NCBI GenBank assembly: GCA_030248215.1
Contig: JASANG010002430.1
Location: 124,001 to 188,000 of the forward strand
From: Enoplolaimus lenunculus
Taxonomy: Eukaryota
DNA: 64,000 bases
Direction: 5' to 3'
Positions 24,968-36,400 of the stretch are shown piece by piece. The notes under the pieces are model-generated. The model was not told the DNA's origin, did no database searches, and worked only from the letters and a program-made list of their open reading frames with translations. Each line of letters begins with the position of its first letter. Position 1 is the stretch's first letter. A program made the translations under genes and the position numbers.

Positions 24968-27900
24968 TGCGGTTGTGAACTCTTGGTTGAAGCGAGAGTG
25001 TCGTTGCACTCTTTGTTTTTAAGCAGAGTATGCCTGCTTTATTGTGGCGGAGTAAATATTGTTTGGGATGGCAAGATTTGTTTTCTAATATCGTTGTGAA
25101 CACTCTTGGGTGAAATTGTACTTTTGAAACTACGTACTTACGAGTTGCAATCCTGGCTCTGTGTATGAGTACTCTCGGGTGTAATTGTATGGTTGTTTGA
25201 TAAATCGCGCAAGATTTGTCGCAGACTACTCTTGTTTACTGGTAGCCGGGTGATCATTATTTGGGATCGAGCGATTTGTCGCGAGTTGCAACGTTTTTTT
25301 GGGTCATTACTGCCGGAGGTTGCTATACAAACGATGGAGAATACAAACTTGACACTTGAATGGTTGCCAACAGAATGACTTGGATATGGGACGTTTTTGT
25401 GTTTATTTTAGTGTTTGAAGACAAAAAGAAACAGCCGTGGATTTTCATTTTAGGTTGAGTGGTGGTTGGTAGCTGAACTGAGTATATAAATGCTTTTAAG
25501 GAGTGTTCTCTACGGATGGCACAGATTTAATTCGACGGTAGAAATTTGAAATACAAAGTGGAAATTGTCATCAGGTGAGTGAAAAGTTAACCATACAACG
25601 GGCTCGGTTAAATACATTTATATAGAAAATAGAATAAAGTAAGGCAAAAAGTAAAGTGTATATGTCAGGAAACTAGTTTATGTAAGGTCTGTTGTTATTT
25701 TTTGTAGATTCAAATCTTAACAATTGAAAAAATGATGCCTGAGCTAAACATTTATCATACGTGTGTGGAAATGTGGCGGTCTATGACTATTTGACTATTG
25801 TACGCTTCCCATCACATATGCTTTAGACTTAGACTTTAGCTTACGTTCATTAAAGGGTCTACCTAGGCTCACGACAATGCTTAAGCCTAAGCTTTATTTT
25901 AAGTATGGAGACACGTGTACAAAGAGCCGACTGTTTTATTATTTATTTTGGGTTACCGATGATTGTCGAGGATGAATTTGATAGTTGTCTAAGTATATTT
26001 GATGTTGATTTTGAGTCTCCATGACGTTGTCAGATTGACTGCATAATTTCACTTTGAGCTGTGGTTTTTTGTTATTGTTTTTTCTTCGAAGTAGCTATGT
26101 AATTGTTGTTTAACTTGTTTTAGCATTTCGTTAAAATTATTATAACGGATGAGCAAAATGGAGCTCTGAATGAATGTAAAGCATGCATCAGTGTTGTATC
26201 GAGTTAGCTACGAACGAGTTTTTAGCGATTGAAAATATTACAGGTTTTTTAAAACTTGATGGTAAAGTTTAAATTTAAAAATATTCTAATTTAGTTGGAA
26301 ATGACAGAAAGTGTTGTGTTTGTTTTATGAGTCACGATAATTCGTCCATCAATTACTTGTAATCCGAAATTTGATATACTGGACAATTCGTCGCCCGCCT
26401 ATCTTTACGCTTAGATTTAGGATTACGCTTGCGATTAGGCTTAAAATTACGCTTAGGATTATGCTTAGACTTATTAATTGGCTTTAGGACACTCTATGAC
26501 GACAAGTTGTCAGTCGACGAATTGTCGTAGATTCGTTTGCTTCAGTATATTTGTGTAACTTAAAGTATAGCAGTATATTAGCGTTCGTTTTAGCTAGGTT
26601 TTATTGTGTTTTGTGCTTGTGTTCTACATTTAAATTGTTTAGATTTGCTAACTAGTACGTGTATACCATGAATATAGCCAATTAGATCTGATTCTTAATG
26701 CTGGTGAAATTTTTTTATGGAATTCTGGCGTATTTATTTTGCTTCTGAAAGTTCTGTGGTAACTGCGCGACGAAGCATTCTAGGTAGTCAAATTGGTAAG
26801 TTTTAACCAGTTTTAACTATACAAACGCAAATTTAGAGTTCAATAAACGTACTTTGTTGACAATAGTTTCATAGCACATAGACGTGATTGTTCTATAAGT
26901 ATTTAGACATTTCGATACAGATTTTTTTACATCCGCTAACGCTTTAGTACATTGCACAAATTAGAACGATTAGTTATATAAATACTAGGGTTCAACCGTA
27001 TATCCGGCTTCGGCATAAAATCGACATCCGACTGCAGTATTATAACTTGCCGGATATTTGTTCTGAAAATCTTCAAAAAAGTGAATTTTAGTTTATTTTT
27101 AATTGGATTTTGGAAGCTTATGTTATTGTTTTCTGGTACGAAAACCATGTGTACACTAAATATCCTGCTCCAGCAACTGACGGAGCTGGATATTGAACTA
27201 TCCGCCTCTAGCATTTTTAATATCCGGCTGATCCCTAATAATTACGCACAAGGAAATGAGGAAATGTCGCTGAAAGTCTGGTATGTCAGCAAAAGCAAAT
27301 ACGCTTCGGGTCCGTTGTGGTTCCGGAATATTGCGAAACTTGATTTAACTCGAATAAATTGTTTAATACATTGAATATTTGTTGTCTTAATGCTACTGCA
27401 GGAGCCTGAAAAACAGTGATTGCCATATTATCAACTAATCATGCGTACATTTGGGTTAATAGTCAAGAGACATATGGATTTTTCATGTTTTATTTGTTAT
27501 GCTCTTTTGTACCTTCCCCCACCCCTCAGTTACGCTAGGCTTAGGCTTAGGAAAACGTTGTCAATAGGTTCTTCTGTTGTATCAGTGTAGGGTTCTGCTT
27601 GTTTCGCATAAGCTTAAAGAATAAGCTTTAACCTTAAATGTGGGGAAGTAAACAATGGCAGTTGAAGTGCATTTGCTGAGCGGTAGCAGATTTCAGACTG
27701 TGCCGTAACAGCAATATAAGCATATTCGTAAGCCTAAGCGTAGTCGTAAAAGTGTGCTTATACCTTAGCCTAAGCGTATGTGGAAAAATGTGCTTAAGCC
27801 TAAGCAAACGATTCGCTCCTGATCTTTACATGGTTCGAGTTATGTGTCCCGTAGTCTAGCATTGTCATTCTATTATTTTACGACATTAATTTTCAGTTAA

Positions 27901-28847
27901 ACCTCAAGGGTTTAGCTGGTGAACACAGTCGGATTTTTTAATTAATTTTAAGATCGGTAGTAAAAATCGCTTGCTTTTATTTGCGTGTTAGGATTTTTTG
28001 TAAACTTAACATCATCATCATCATATAGTGGTTTCCAATAAGCCTAAGTTGGGTTTTATCAGTAGACGTACGAAATGTTACCTATTTGATAACGAACAAT
28101 TTAGCCCGTGATTGAACAGTACAGAAGCATTTGCGTTAAAAAAAGTCACTACTCTACCGTTTTTGGTCACTGTGTTAGCATTAATCTAAAGTGTTTGTTG
28201 TGGTACCGGTTGCAGTTAACATTCCTGTTGCTGTACGAATACATTAAGTAATAATTTGTTGTAGTACTTTATTGATGTAAGGGTTCATGTAAAGATCAGG
28301 GGCGCGACGTGTTTCTGTGGAAGTGAAATAGAGGAAGCTTAAACCTGTAGACTAATTCTTGTTTAGGCTTAGGCATAAGCTCATTTTGACGCTGAGGCGT
28401 AGGCTAGCTGGGAAATATCGTTAAAATACTGCTATGGCCCTGTTCTATACATTGGCCGATTTGAGTGTAATTGTTATAATGCTTTGGTTTAATTGCTAAA
28501 TTTAATTTTGACGTCTGTTTGAAGAAATATTGCCAGAAAGCAATTCAAACGTAAAGATGTAATAAATTACATAATTCAGTTATTTGACATATCATGCAAT
28601 AATGTTGTGTAGTTTTTTTAGTTGAATATCGATTACTTGGTTTTAGAGATGAATATTTTTCGCACGAACCTAAAATTAGAATTAAGTGATTAAGTGACTG
28701 GTTTCGTTAATTAGCACTTGAATACATGTATACGGTGGAGAACACCGATCAAGTTGTAAGTGATTCATCGTTGTTTGTGTTAGTGTTTTATACATTTTGC
28801 ACTTATATATACCTGTATCTTGTAGATCGATGTCTATGCAAAATCAG

Positions 28848-28853
28848 AATAAA
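28848..28853 (+). terminator. Candidate distal poly(A) signal of ELKS (implies ~3.9 kb 3' UTR)
   Basis: AATAAA followed by a T-rich tract, near the apparent end of the + strand T/G-rich composition. A nearer AATAAA also lies at ~25633. Confidence 0.35.
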
Positions 28854-29034
28854 AGATACAATATTTTTTTCAGTAGAGCGAGACGGACTTTATCGTTAAA
28901 GCATAAATTGTCGCTGGAAAGCGCTGAGTAAGATAATTAATTTACCGCGTTATTTTGTTGTTTTTGCAAGTTATTTTTAAGACGCGTAAGAAAAAGGGTA
29001 ATGTATTTTTTGGTATGTTTTAGCCAAAAAACAT

Positions 29035-29840
29035 TGATTTTCCCGCCCAAATTTGAGTTTCCCGCAAAAATTTAAACTTCCGTTAATATTTGAATTGCCG
29101 TCAAAATTTAAATTTTCCCGCCAAAGTGTGGATGTTCCGGCTAAAATTTAAATTGTCCGCCAAAATTTAAATTTGCCGTTGACCTTTCCGCCAAAATTTA
29201 ATGGGTGATCCACGTTAAAATCCGCGCGCATTTGTAAAATATGTCCCTTTTGGGTGCCTGCGTTGTCTCTACCGACTCTCCTTATACGCTGTCTGATATG
29301 TCAATATGTCATTGTCTGAACTTTGACACAATGAATATGTTCTAGGCATAAATACTTGTCCTGACATCATATCAGGAACGGTTGTTGCCCATAGTCCCTC
29401 GGAACGGACTCAATTTTTTGTGTTGAATGATGCGTGTGAATATGTGTGTACAACATGTGTTTTATATGTGTGCACACCATGTGTTTTATATGTGTGCTTG
29501 TGCACCAACGTAATATCCTGACATCCTACAGACAACGTGAATTTATCCAGAGTCCCTTTCGACCGAGTCTAGACAACTAACATTATCTAAGTACAGCTAT
29601 GAAATTGTGCCTTGCCTCCAGCAAGGATGTGTATTTTGATGCTGTTCCAAACGGGGTGGGAGGAACATTTATTACATCGGCGCGTGCATTTTAACGTAGG
29701 TGACCCATAAATTTTCCGTTCAAAATATGAATTTCTCGCCAAATTTGAATTATCCCGCCGAAACTGTAATTTCCCGCCAAAATTCCCGCCACAATTTGAA
29801 TTTTCGGGCCAGAACTTAAATTTTCCGCCAAAATGTAAAC
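29035..29840. repeat. Two clusters of ~20-bp TTTCCCGCCAAAATTTAAAT-like minisatellite (29035-29200, 29710-29840)
   Basis: Repeated ccgccaaaattt motif. Confidence 0.75.
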
Positions 29841-29948
29841 TTTCAAGAAATGAAACTCTATGATATCCTTGAGTGGCGGTGATACTATTGGGAAATAAAA
29901 GAGTTTCGATAAAACATAAGGTGGACAAGCTATTGATTTGCAATGGTT

Positions 29949-29954
29949 TTTATT
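29949..29954 (-). terminator. Poly(A) signal AATAAA of the prepropeptide gene
   Basis: tttatt on + at 29949-29954, about 55 nt downstream of the TGA on the minus strand. Confidence 0.6.
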
Positions 29955-30009
29955 TAAAACAATATTTATATATACTGATACTGCACAAATTGCATTAAAC
30001 GTGAGCTTT

Positions 30010-30378
30010 TCACAAATGTGGAGGCCAACCTTGCGCTATATTAATGTTTGGTGCAAGGCCGCGTATTCTCAAAGGCCTTTGAAACGGTAAATCGTTGTTT
30101 ACTGGTTTCACTTGGGCTAAAACGAAACCGTCGGGAGACTGTCGAGATTCGCTGTGCCCCGCTCTGATTACTGGGTTCATGAACTTTAATCGGTACATCC
30201 GTTTGTCATGGCTGGTTGGATTTGCGGCTTCAGCGGCAAGGTTAAATTGCTCGTACATCCCTGGATACATTAGTATTCGCTTTTTCATGGGTATATACTG
30301 AGTGTCGACTGGATAAGCTTCTCCATAAATAGCGTAAAGCAACACAATAATTGTAACTAAATTAAAAGCTGTATTCAT
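30010..30378 (-). CDS. Secreted prepropeptide-like protein, 122 aa (candidate neuropeptide precursor)
   Basis: Hydrophobic signal peptide (MNTAFNLVTIIVLLYAIYGEA); KKR and KR basic sites; ttttag acceptor a few nt upstream of the ATG; AATAAA ~55 nt after the stop. Confidence 0.75.
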   Translation of the reverse strand: MNTAFNLVTIIVLLYAIYGEAYPVDTQYIPMKKRILMYPGMYEQFNLAAEAANPTSHDKRMYRLKFMNPVIRAGHSESRQSPDGFVLAQVKPVNNDLPFQRPLRIRGLAPNINIAQGWPPHL

Positions 30379-30767
30379 ATTGACTCTAAAATTAGTTCAT
30401 GCATAGAAAGTTTAAAAAATTATAGTTGCTATCTTTGAACAATTTTAAATTTGGTTGATCTGCCCGCGGTTCTGGCTAAAAATTGAACCCCCGGTAAGGG
30501 CAGAATCTTGGCCCGAAGTCTCGGCAGTTTCCGTATTACAAACATATTCCTAAGCGCAAAAGCCTAAGCGTAGGATTAGCTAAAAGCCTATGCAAAATAT
30601 TAGTCTAAAGCTTAAACTTACTCTATTGCAGTCCGGCGGAAAAACAGTGTACCCTTGATCTTTATACATGGAAATATTCTATATGAGGTTTCAACTTCAA
30701 CGTCTTGTGAATATTTTCTACTGCGCATGCGCTTAGTATTAAATACTGAGTATTGTGTAAATTCATG

Positions 30768-31030
30768 TACTGTATTGACCCGAATAAGAGGGGGAGGGGT
30801 AATAAAGGGGGGTCCCCATTTTGAGTCCGAATCAATTGGATTCCGTATCCCTAATATGAGTCCGTAAGCGGATAGAGTCCCTAAACCCTAATTAGAGTCC
30901 ATAAATGTCAAATAACCCTAATTGTAGCGCATAAATAACTCCCGGACCAAATAACTTGAGTTCGAAACGTTAACCCTCTGCAGAAGCCAAACAAATATCA
31001 GTCCCCCCTCTTATTCGGGTCACTTCAGTA
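30768..31030. mobile_element. TA-flanked MITE (Tc1/mariner-pogo type)
   Basis: TIR TACTGTATTGACCCGAATAAGAGGGGG / CCCCCTCTTATTCGGGTCACTTCAGTA. Confidence 0.8.
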
Positions 31031-31660
31031 CGCAGTTCTATGCTGACATCTTATTCTTCACTGGTAGGAAAAGACCTCCTGAAGGGCCTTGAACATACGT
31101 ACGTAAAAGTAAAAATAAAGTATAGATGGATTTCGTTGAAATTGTTAAATTTATATAATCCGTTTTAATGAAACATCCGCAACGCCGTCAGACGTTATGG
31201 TCTCATACATCGCCAAGGTATATACAGAACAGGGCCATTACGGTGTTATAAGCATTTTCCTAAGCTTAAGCTTAAACCTAAGCCTAAGCGTAAAAATGAG
31301 CTTGAAACTAAGCATACGCGTAAGTGTAATAATATAGCTTTATACCAAAGCCTAAGCCTAAACACTATGACGAATCATAGAGTATATCGCAATACGGCTT
31401 GTGTTTCGAAATGAAATACCTGTACAAGCAATTGGGTTCTCAAGTTTCAATACAGCATTTGTCGAAAGCTCTTTTGAATTATATGGCAAAATTTTTTATT
31501 ATACTAACAATTGTATCATCGAGTGGGTGTAGCATTGCAAAAATTTTCGATGGTTCAGTCGGTGAGATTGGTTCAAAATAGAAGCTTTACAATATACTTC
31601 AAATTAACATTTTTCTAAACTGCTTTGTCTCTTGTTCCGGCAAAAATTTACAGCTGATTC

Positions 31661-31899
31661 GGCCACTGTATAGAACAAGGTCGGAACAGCAGTATAAGCA
31701 TACTCCTAAGCCTATGCCTATGCCTAAACATATGGATGAGCCTATTCCTAAGCCTAAGCCTATGCCTAAACGTATGGATGAGCCTATTCCTAAGCCTAAG
31801 CCTAAGCCTAAGCCTAAGCAAAAAATTAGTCTACAGCTTACACTGACTCTATTATAGCCCCTTCCGGAAAACGATGTAGCCCTGTTCTATGCATGGGCC
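31661..31899. mobile_element. MITE carrying telomere-like (GCCTAA)n
   Basis: Imperfect TIR GGCCACTGTATAGAACAAGG / CCCTGTTCTATGCATGGGCC; (CCTAAG)5 at 31789-31818. Relatives at ~28285-28457, 44693-44833, 52514-52590 and 31225-31360. Confidence 0.7.
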
Positions 31900-34234
31900 G
31901 TTGATTCCGGTATTCTTCATTTTCAGTTGTATTCTGGCAAAACTGTTTTAACTAAAGTACAACTGGTTGAACCTCAAAACAAAAAACATTAACACATTTA
32001 CCTCATGTATACATCAGGAGCTTATCCTTATCAAGTCATTGAGGGTTCCCTCTTCTGAGGCATAACAAATATCAGTCCCCCACTCTTATATCTGAGTATA
32101 AAACGGCAGTAGATCACTTGGGCAGAAGTAAATAAGTTATATTCACTTGTGAGGGCTGCTGCTCCAGAGTGCAACCGGAGGTAAACAATACCGGAGCGGC
32201 AGACATCCGGTTGTACCCTGGTGGCCAGGCTGCAACCGGAATTACAAAATACCGGAACCGAACTGTAACGTTAGAAAATACCGGAACCGGAAACAAAAAT
32301 ACTTGTTACCAACAAAATTATTTTAACCTTATTTTCGCTATTAATGGTGTATTTAAACCACCGTTTAGGATGCCAAAATTCTAAAACAGAAAAATAAGTA
32401 AGAATAATGGGTCATCTACGTTTAAAGCGCGCGCGCTAGTGTAAAAACGTTTCCAATCATACCTCATTTGGAAGTGCGTATAAAACCATAGTCTGATTTA
32501 ATATTTGAGACTGATCTGGTAGTATTGTAGATAATAACAAATATCCTTACTCTCTACGAAGGGACTGGAGCAAAGCGCATATGTTTCCAGGGATTTAGGA
32601 CGCTCGAAACCTTTTTTAACCGCAGAGACATTAATTAAAATCTAATGCATGAATAATAGCGCGCTGTAGTAGCTATTATAACATAATGTTCACAGTCCCT
32701 TCCAAGGGACTCACGGCAAAACAAGTTGGTATCCAGGGTGTATTAGCATATTCATTGCTATGCATATGACATGTTAATTGTCGTAATAATTTCAAAACAC
32801 CCGTGGACGTTTTATGGACTGCAACAACTGTGTCTCCGGGAACAACGCAGGACCATAAAAGGGTAAGACAAATTTTTACAGTAGCGCTTGCGTTTTAACG
32901 TAGGTAAATTCGAAACCGGACAGTGAAAAATGCCGGATTCCCCTACCGGAACCGGTATTTCGCTTGCGCCATGTTGGTGACTACAATAAACATTGAGCGA
33001 AACGAGTTGAATGAGAGTACTTTATGTCTCGATACGAGAGTGGCCATAATGAACAAGTTCTTGAACCTCAGACACGAAGGCATAACCAAAATAAGGGTTG
33101 GCTTTAAAACTTTTTGGCACCACTTTACAGATATTTGTTAAAACCAAAGCAAACAATGTTTAGTGGGACTGTAAAATAAGAGTAGGCTTCGAATTTTGTA
33201 CCACAGGTTATGCTTAAGCTTTAGGCTTAGGAATATGCTTAATCTTTTGCAGCGCCCCTAAAATAACATTGACCGGTATTGGTACCGGAACGGTTTCGAT
33301 CGATAATTTGCTGTATGTATCGGTCCAACACAAATTAAGAATCTAAACTACTGTTCATTTAATGAGAAAACCTATTGTTCAAAATCTGTTGTCTACATCT
33401 GTTGTCTAAAAATGTAGACAGCAGGTCTGAAAATCTGAGACTACCGAAGTCAGTTGTAATTGGTTTTTCAACTGAAATCACCAAGTTATCGTTATAAAAA
33501 TTCTGCAATGAGCAATATTAAAGGAAGCAAAAGTAATTAATATACCTACGCTATGCTTGAATTTTAAGCCCAAACATTGATGCGAGATTAATTAAACTTC
33601 AAAAACTTTTGACTTTCATATCATTTCGGCTCTATTCGATCTGTATATTACGAAAATTATTTCATCTTGAAATAGTTTTTTATGCTTGGTTTTAAATTTG
33701 AGGATATAAAATAGAGTTTTTCTGTATAATTAAAGTTAAGGCAATCTGTTAAAATTATAGGAAGGTTTGAAAGTTCAAACTATTGATATATGCATTTAAT
33801 TTTCTGCTTTTAATGCATATTTACGCGGCTCAATTTTAATTTATTTCCAATGACGATGGAACTAAAACGGAAATAGATCGTAGAATCCGGTTAAAGGGTT
33901 GCGCTATGCACGCCGTGTGCCGTCGGATGACGCCGCGCGCCGCCGCATGCCACCCAATAGATTTTTCCTATTTTTTTTGGCAACGCATAGCGACGTGCGG
34001 TTGCGTCCGGTACAGTAAAGTATAGCGCAACAGTGACATGGGAGTGTTTACACATTATTATATTATATGTTTCACTCAAAAGCCCAGATTAAATCTTTGT
34101 TGTGTTGTCGGGATTGCGCAATACTTTACTGTGTCGGACGCCGTCGCGCGCTGCGGCCCACCGCTATGAGTGGCTAACAAAAATTTAGGCAAATCCAGGA
34201 TGTAAAATTGTGTTCGTTTGTGAGTTTTTAAGAC

Positions 34235-34701
34235 CAGGGTTGGAACCGGTCCGGGCCAAGGCCAGGCGGGCCCGGGCCCACATTTTGGGCCCGCTGGTCT
34301 ACGCGAGCGGGCCACCAGCTGAAATAAATTGCAGCAGATCCCTTTGCCAGAGCCTAATCCTTAACAGTGTTTAATATTTTTATTGTCCGTGTAAATAGCT
34401 TGTATATATACATCGTTAACGTGCGGACGCTTCTCAAATCAAGTTTGATTTTCTTTGCTTTCGGTGAGATATATTGGTTGGCCAGTCATCTGCAATTTGC
34501 TCCGAGACTGATTTCAGAATGGTGACATCAAAAAAACATTAAACGTTATCTTCAGTTTTCATCAAAAACCGCCGTAAAAATGTATAATTAATCGGTGATT
34601 CATTGCGACAACCAGCGGCGCATCCAGAAATTTCTGACGGCAGCGCAGGGTAGCAGATGTAATGAAACGCAAAAATTGTAAAGTGGCCGGTTCCAACCCT
34701 G
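34235..34701. mobile_element. hAT-type MITE, GGGCC-rich family
   Basis: TIR CAGGGTTGGAACCGG / CCGGTTCCAACCCTG; flanks match only 5/8 (degenerate TSD). Confidence 0.7.
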
Positions 34702-35878
34702 ATTGCGACTATTTAACTGACGTGCCTACTGAAATCATTAGATTTATTTATTGTTGTTGCAAATATTATTTAAAATGCAATTTCGAAGGCAAAACTTTTA
34801 TTTAGATAATGTATTAAATAAAGTTAATAATATGTAACAATCATAACGCAGAGTAATGCACTAAACTTTTTATAATTGTGTGTTTTTATAGCGGAAATTG
34901 CTACGCGGGATATTTTGCTACAACTGAAATATAAACATACTGGAAGCGCAGTTGCTTTCGGCATGTGAGTAAATTTTGCTAGTTTTGAAAACTTTATCCA
35001 ATCATTCTGGTGCTTAGCGCTCACTCCCAGATAGCGGATTCATCACATCTAAGAAGCCGTCGCAACGTTTATCAACAAGAGTTTTTGTATCTAACTTTTA
35101 ATTTGTCCTTGTATAAAAATTTCGCTTGGTTTCTCGGTTGGAGAAATTTTGGTCAACTGATTGTCGAAAAGCGAACGATTCAACTCGACTCACATTATTA
35201 CACGTTATATAATGTTTCAATATAATTTTTGTATTTATATTTAAGCCGCCACTACTGCCTTTACGACTCTTGGTGGGGGTCTCACGTTTGCACTGAATAG
35301 TACAAAACGAAGCTATTTTATTAAGAAAGTTATTTTTGAATCGATCAGAAACCTTAGAAAGGGCGGCGAAAAGATTCGGACCTGTCTGTTTTTCCGTAGG
35401 ACTGTTTTATAGAGTAAGCTTAAGCTTTAGACTATTTGTTTGTTAGTTTAGGCTTAGGCTTAGGTGTAAGTTCGTTTTTACGCTTTAGGCTTAAGCTTAG
35501 CCTTAAAATGATCATTCAGCTTGTGCGACAAAATATAAATAGCAATTTTCACTAAAACGCAGCTAAAATCAAATACCAAATGTTACTGTTACCAGTGCGT
35601 AACATGTAACATCTTTTAAATTGCAGTGTAACGACTAATCGAAAACTAAGCCTGTTTATGCCTTAGCCGTATTGTAAACTGTGTGTAGCACTTTTGTATG
35701 TTAATAAAACTTGAAATATTGTATAACAGGAATAATTTAACAACTAGCAATAGATGCTGCTCACTTGAGAATATAGATATATATTAGCCTAAGCATTTAC
35801 TCTAAACCGAAATCGGATTCTATTGCTGTCTTGCGAAAAAAAACGGAATGCCCTTGTTTAACAGTAACATGGATTAAT

Positions 35879-36009
35879 TTACGAAATACTCTCAGCGCTA
35901 TTACTTGCAGTTTCTGGTTCAATAGTTGTATCGTGTGATACTGTTGCAACTGAACTATTCGAACTCAAATTTGGCAAGAATCGCGCAACAGACGATGGCA
36001 GTGACAATG

Positions 36010-36080
<71 letters not shown>

Positions 36081-36400
36081 GCAGTTGATATCCATAAATC
36101 TAACAAAAAGTGTAAGACACGTATGGCTAAATGAGCATCTAGTAAATCGACGTTAGTTGTTTGCTTTGATCTTGCTGCTCGTGTAGTGCCTATTGGCAGC
36201 AAATCACGTGATCGCGGAGACGTTGTATCTGATGAAGTACAAAATATCAATGGACCAAATGTGACTGCGAGACGATATGAACTCGGCCTGAGTTGAGATC
36301 CTTGAATGGCAGTTGTCGTTGAATGAATTGCGGTATTGGCAGTAGGAACACAATGAGATGCAATTAATTTCAAGTGATCAAGTAGCACCAGTAATGAGCA
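35879..36400 (-). CDS. syd-1: SYD-1 terminal exon (RhoGAP end, poly-Asn tail)
   Basis: ttctag|[13 protein letters not shown]...[11 protein letters not shown]...LLDLW...SIS*. Confidence 0.9.

Noticed and set aside
35926..36156. Poly-Tyr ORF on +
   Set aside because: Antisense of the (AAT)23 tract in syd-1
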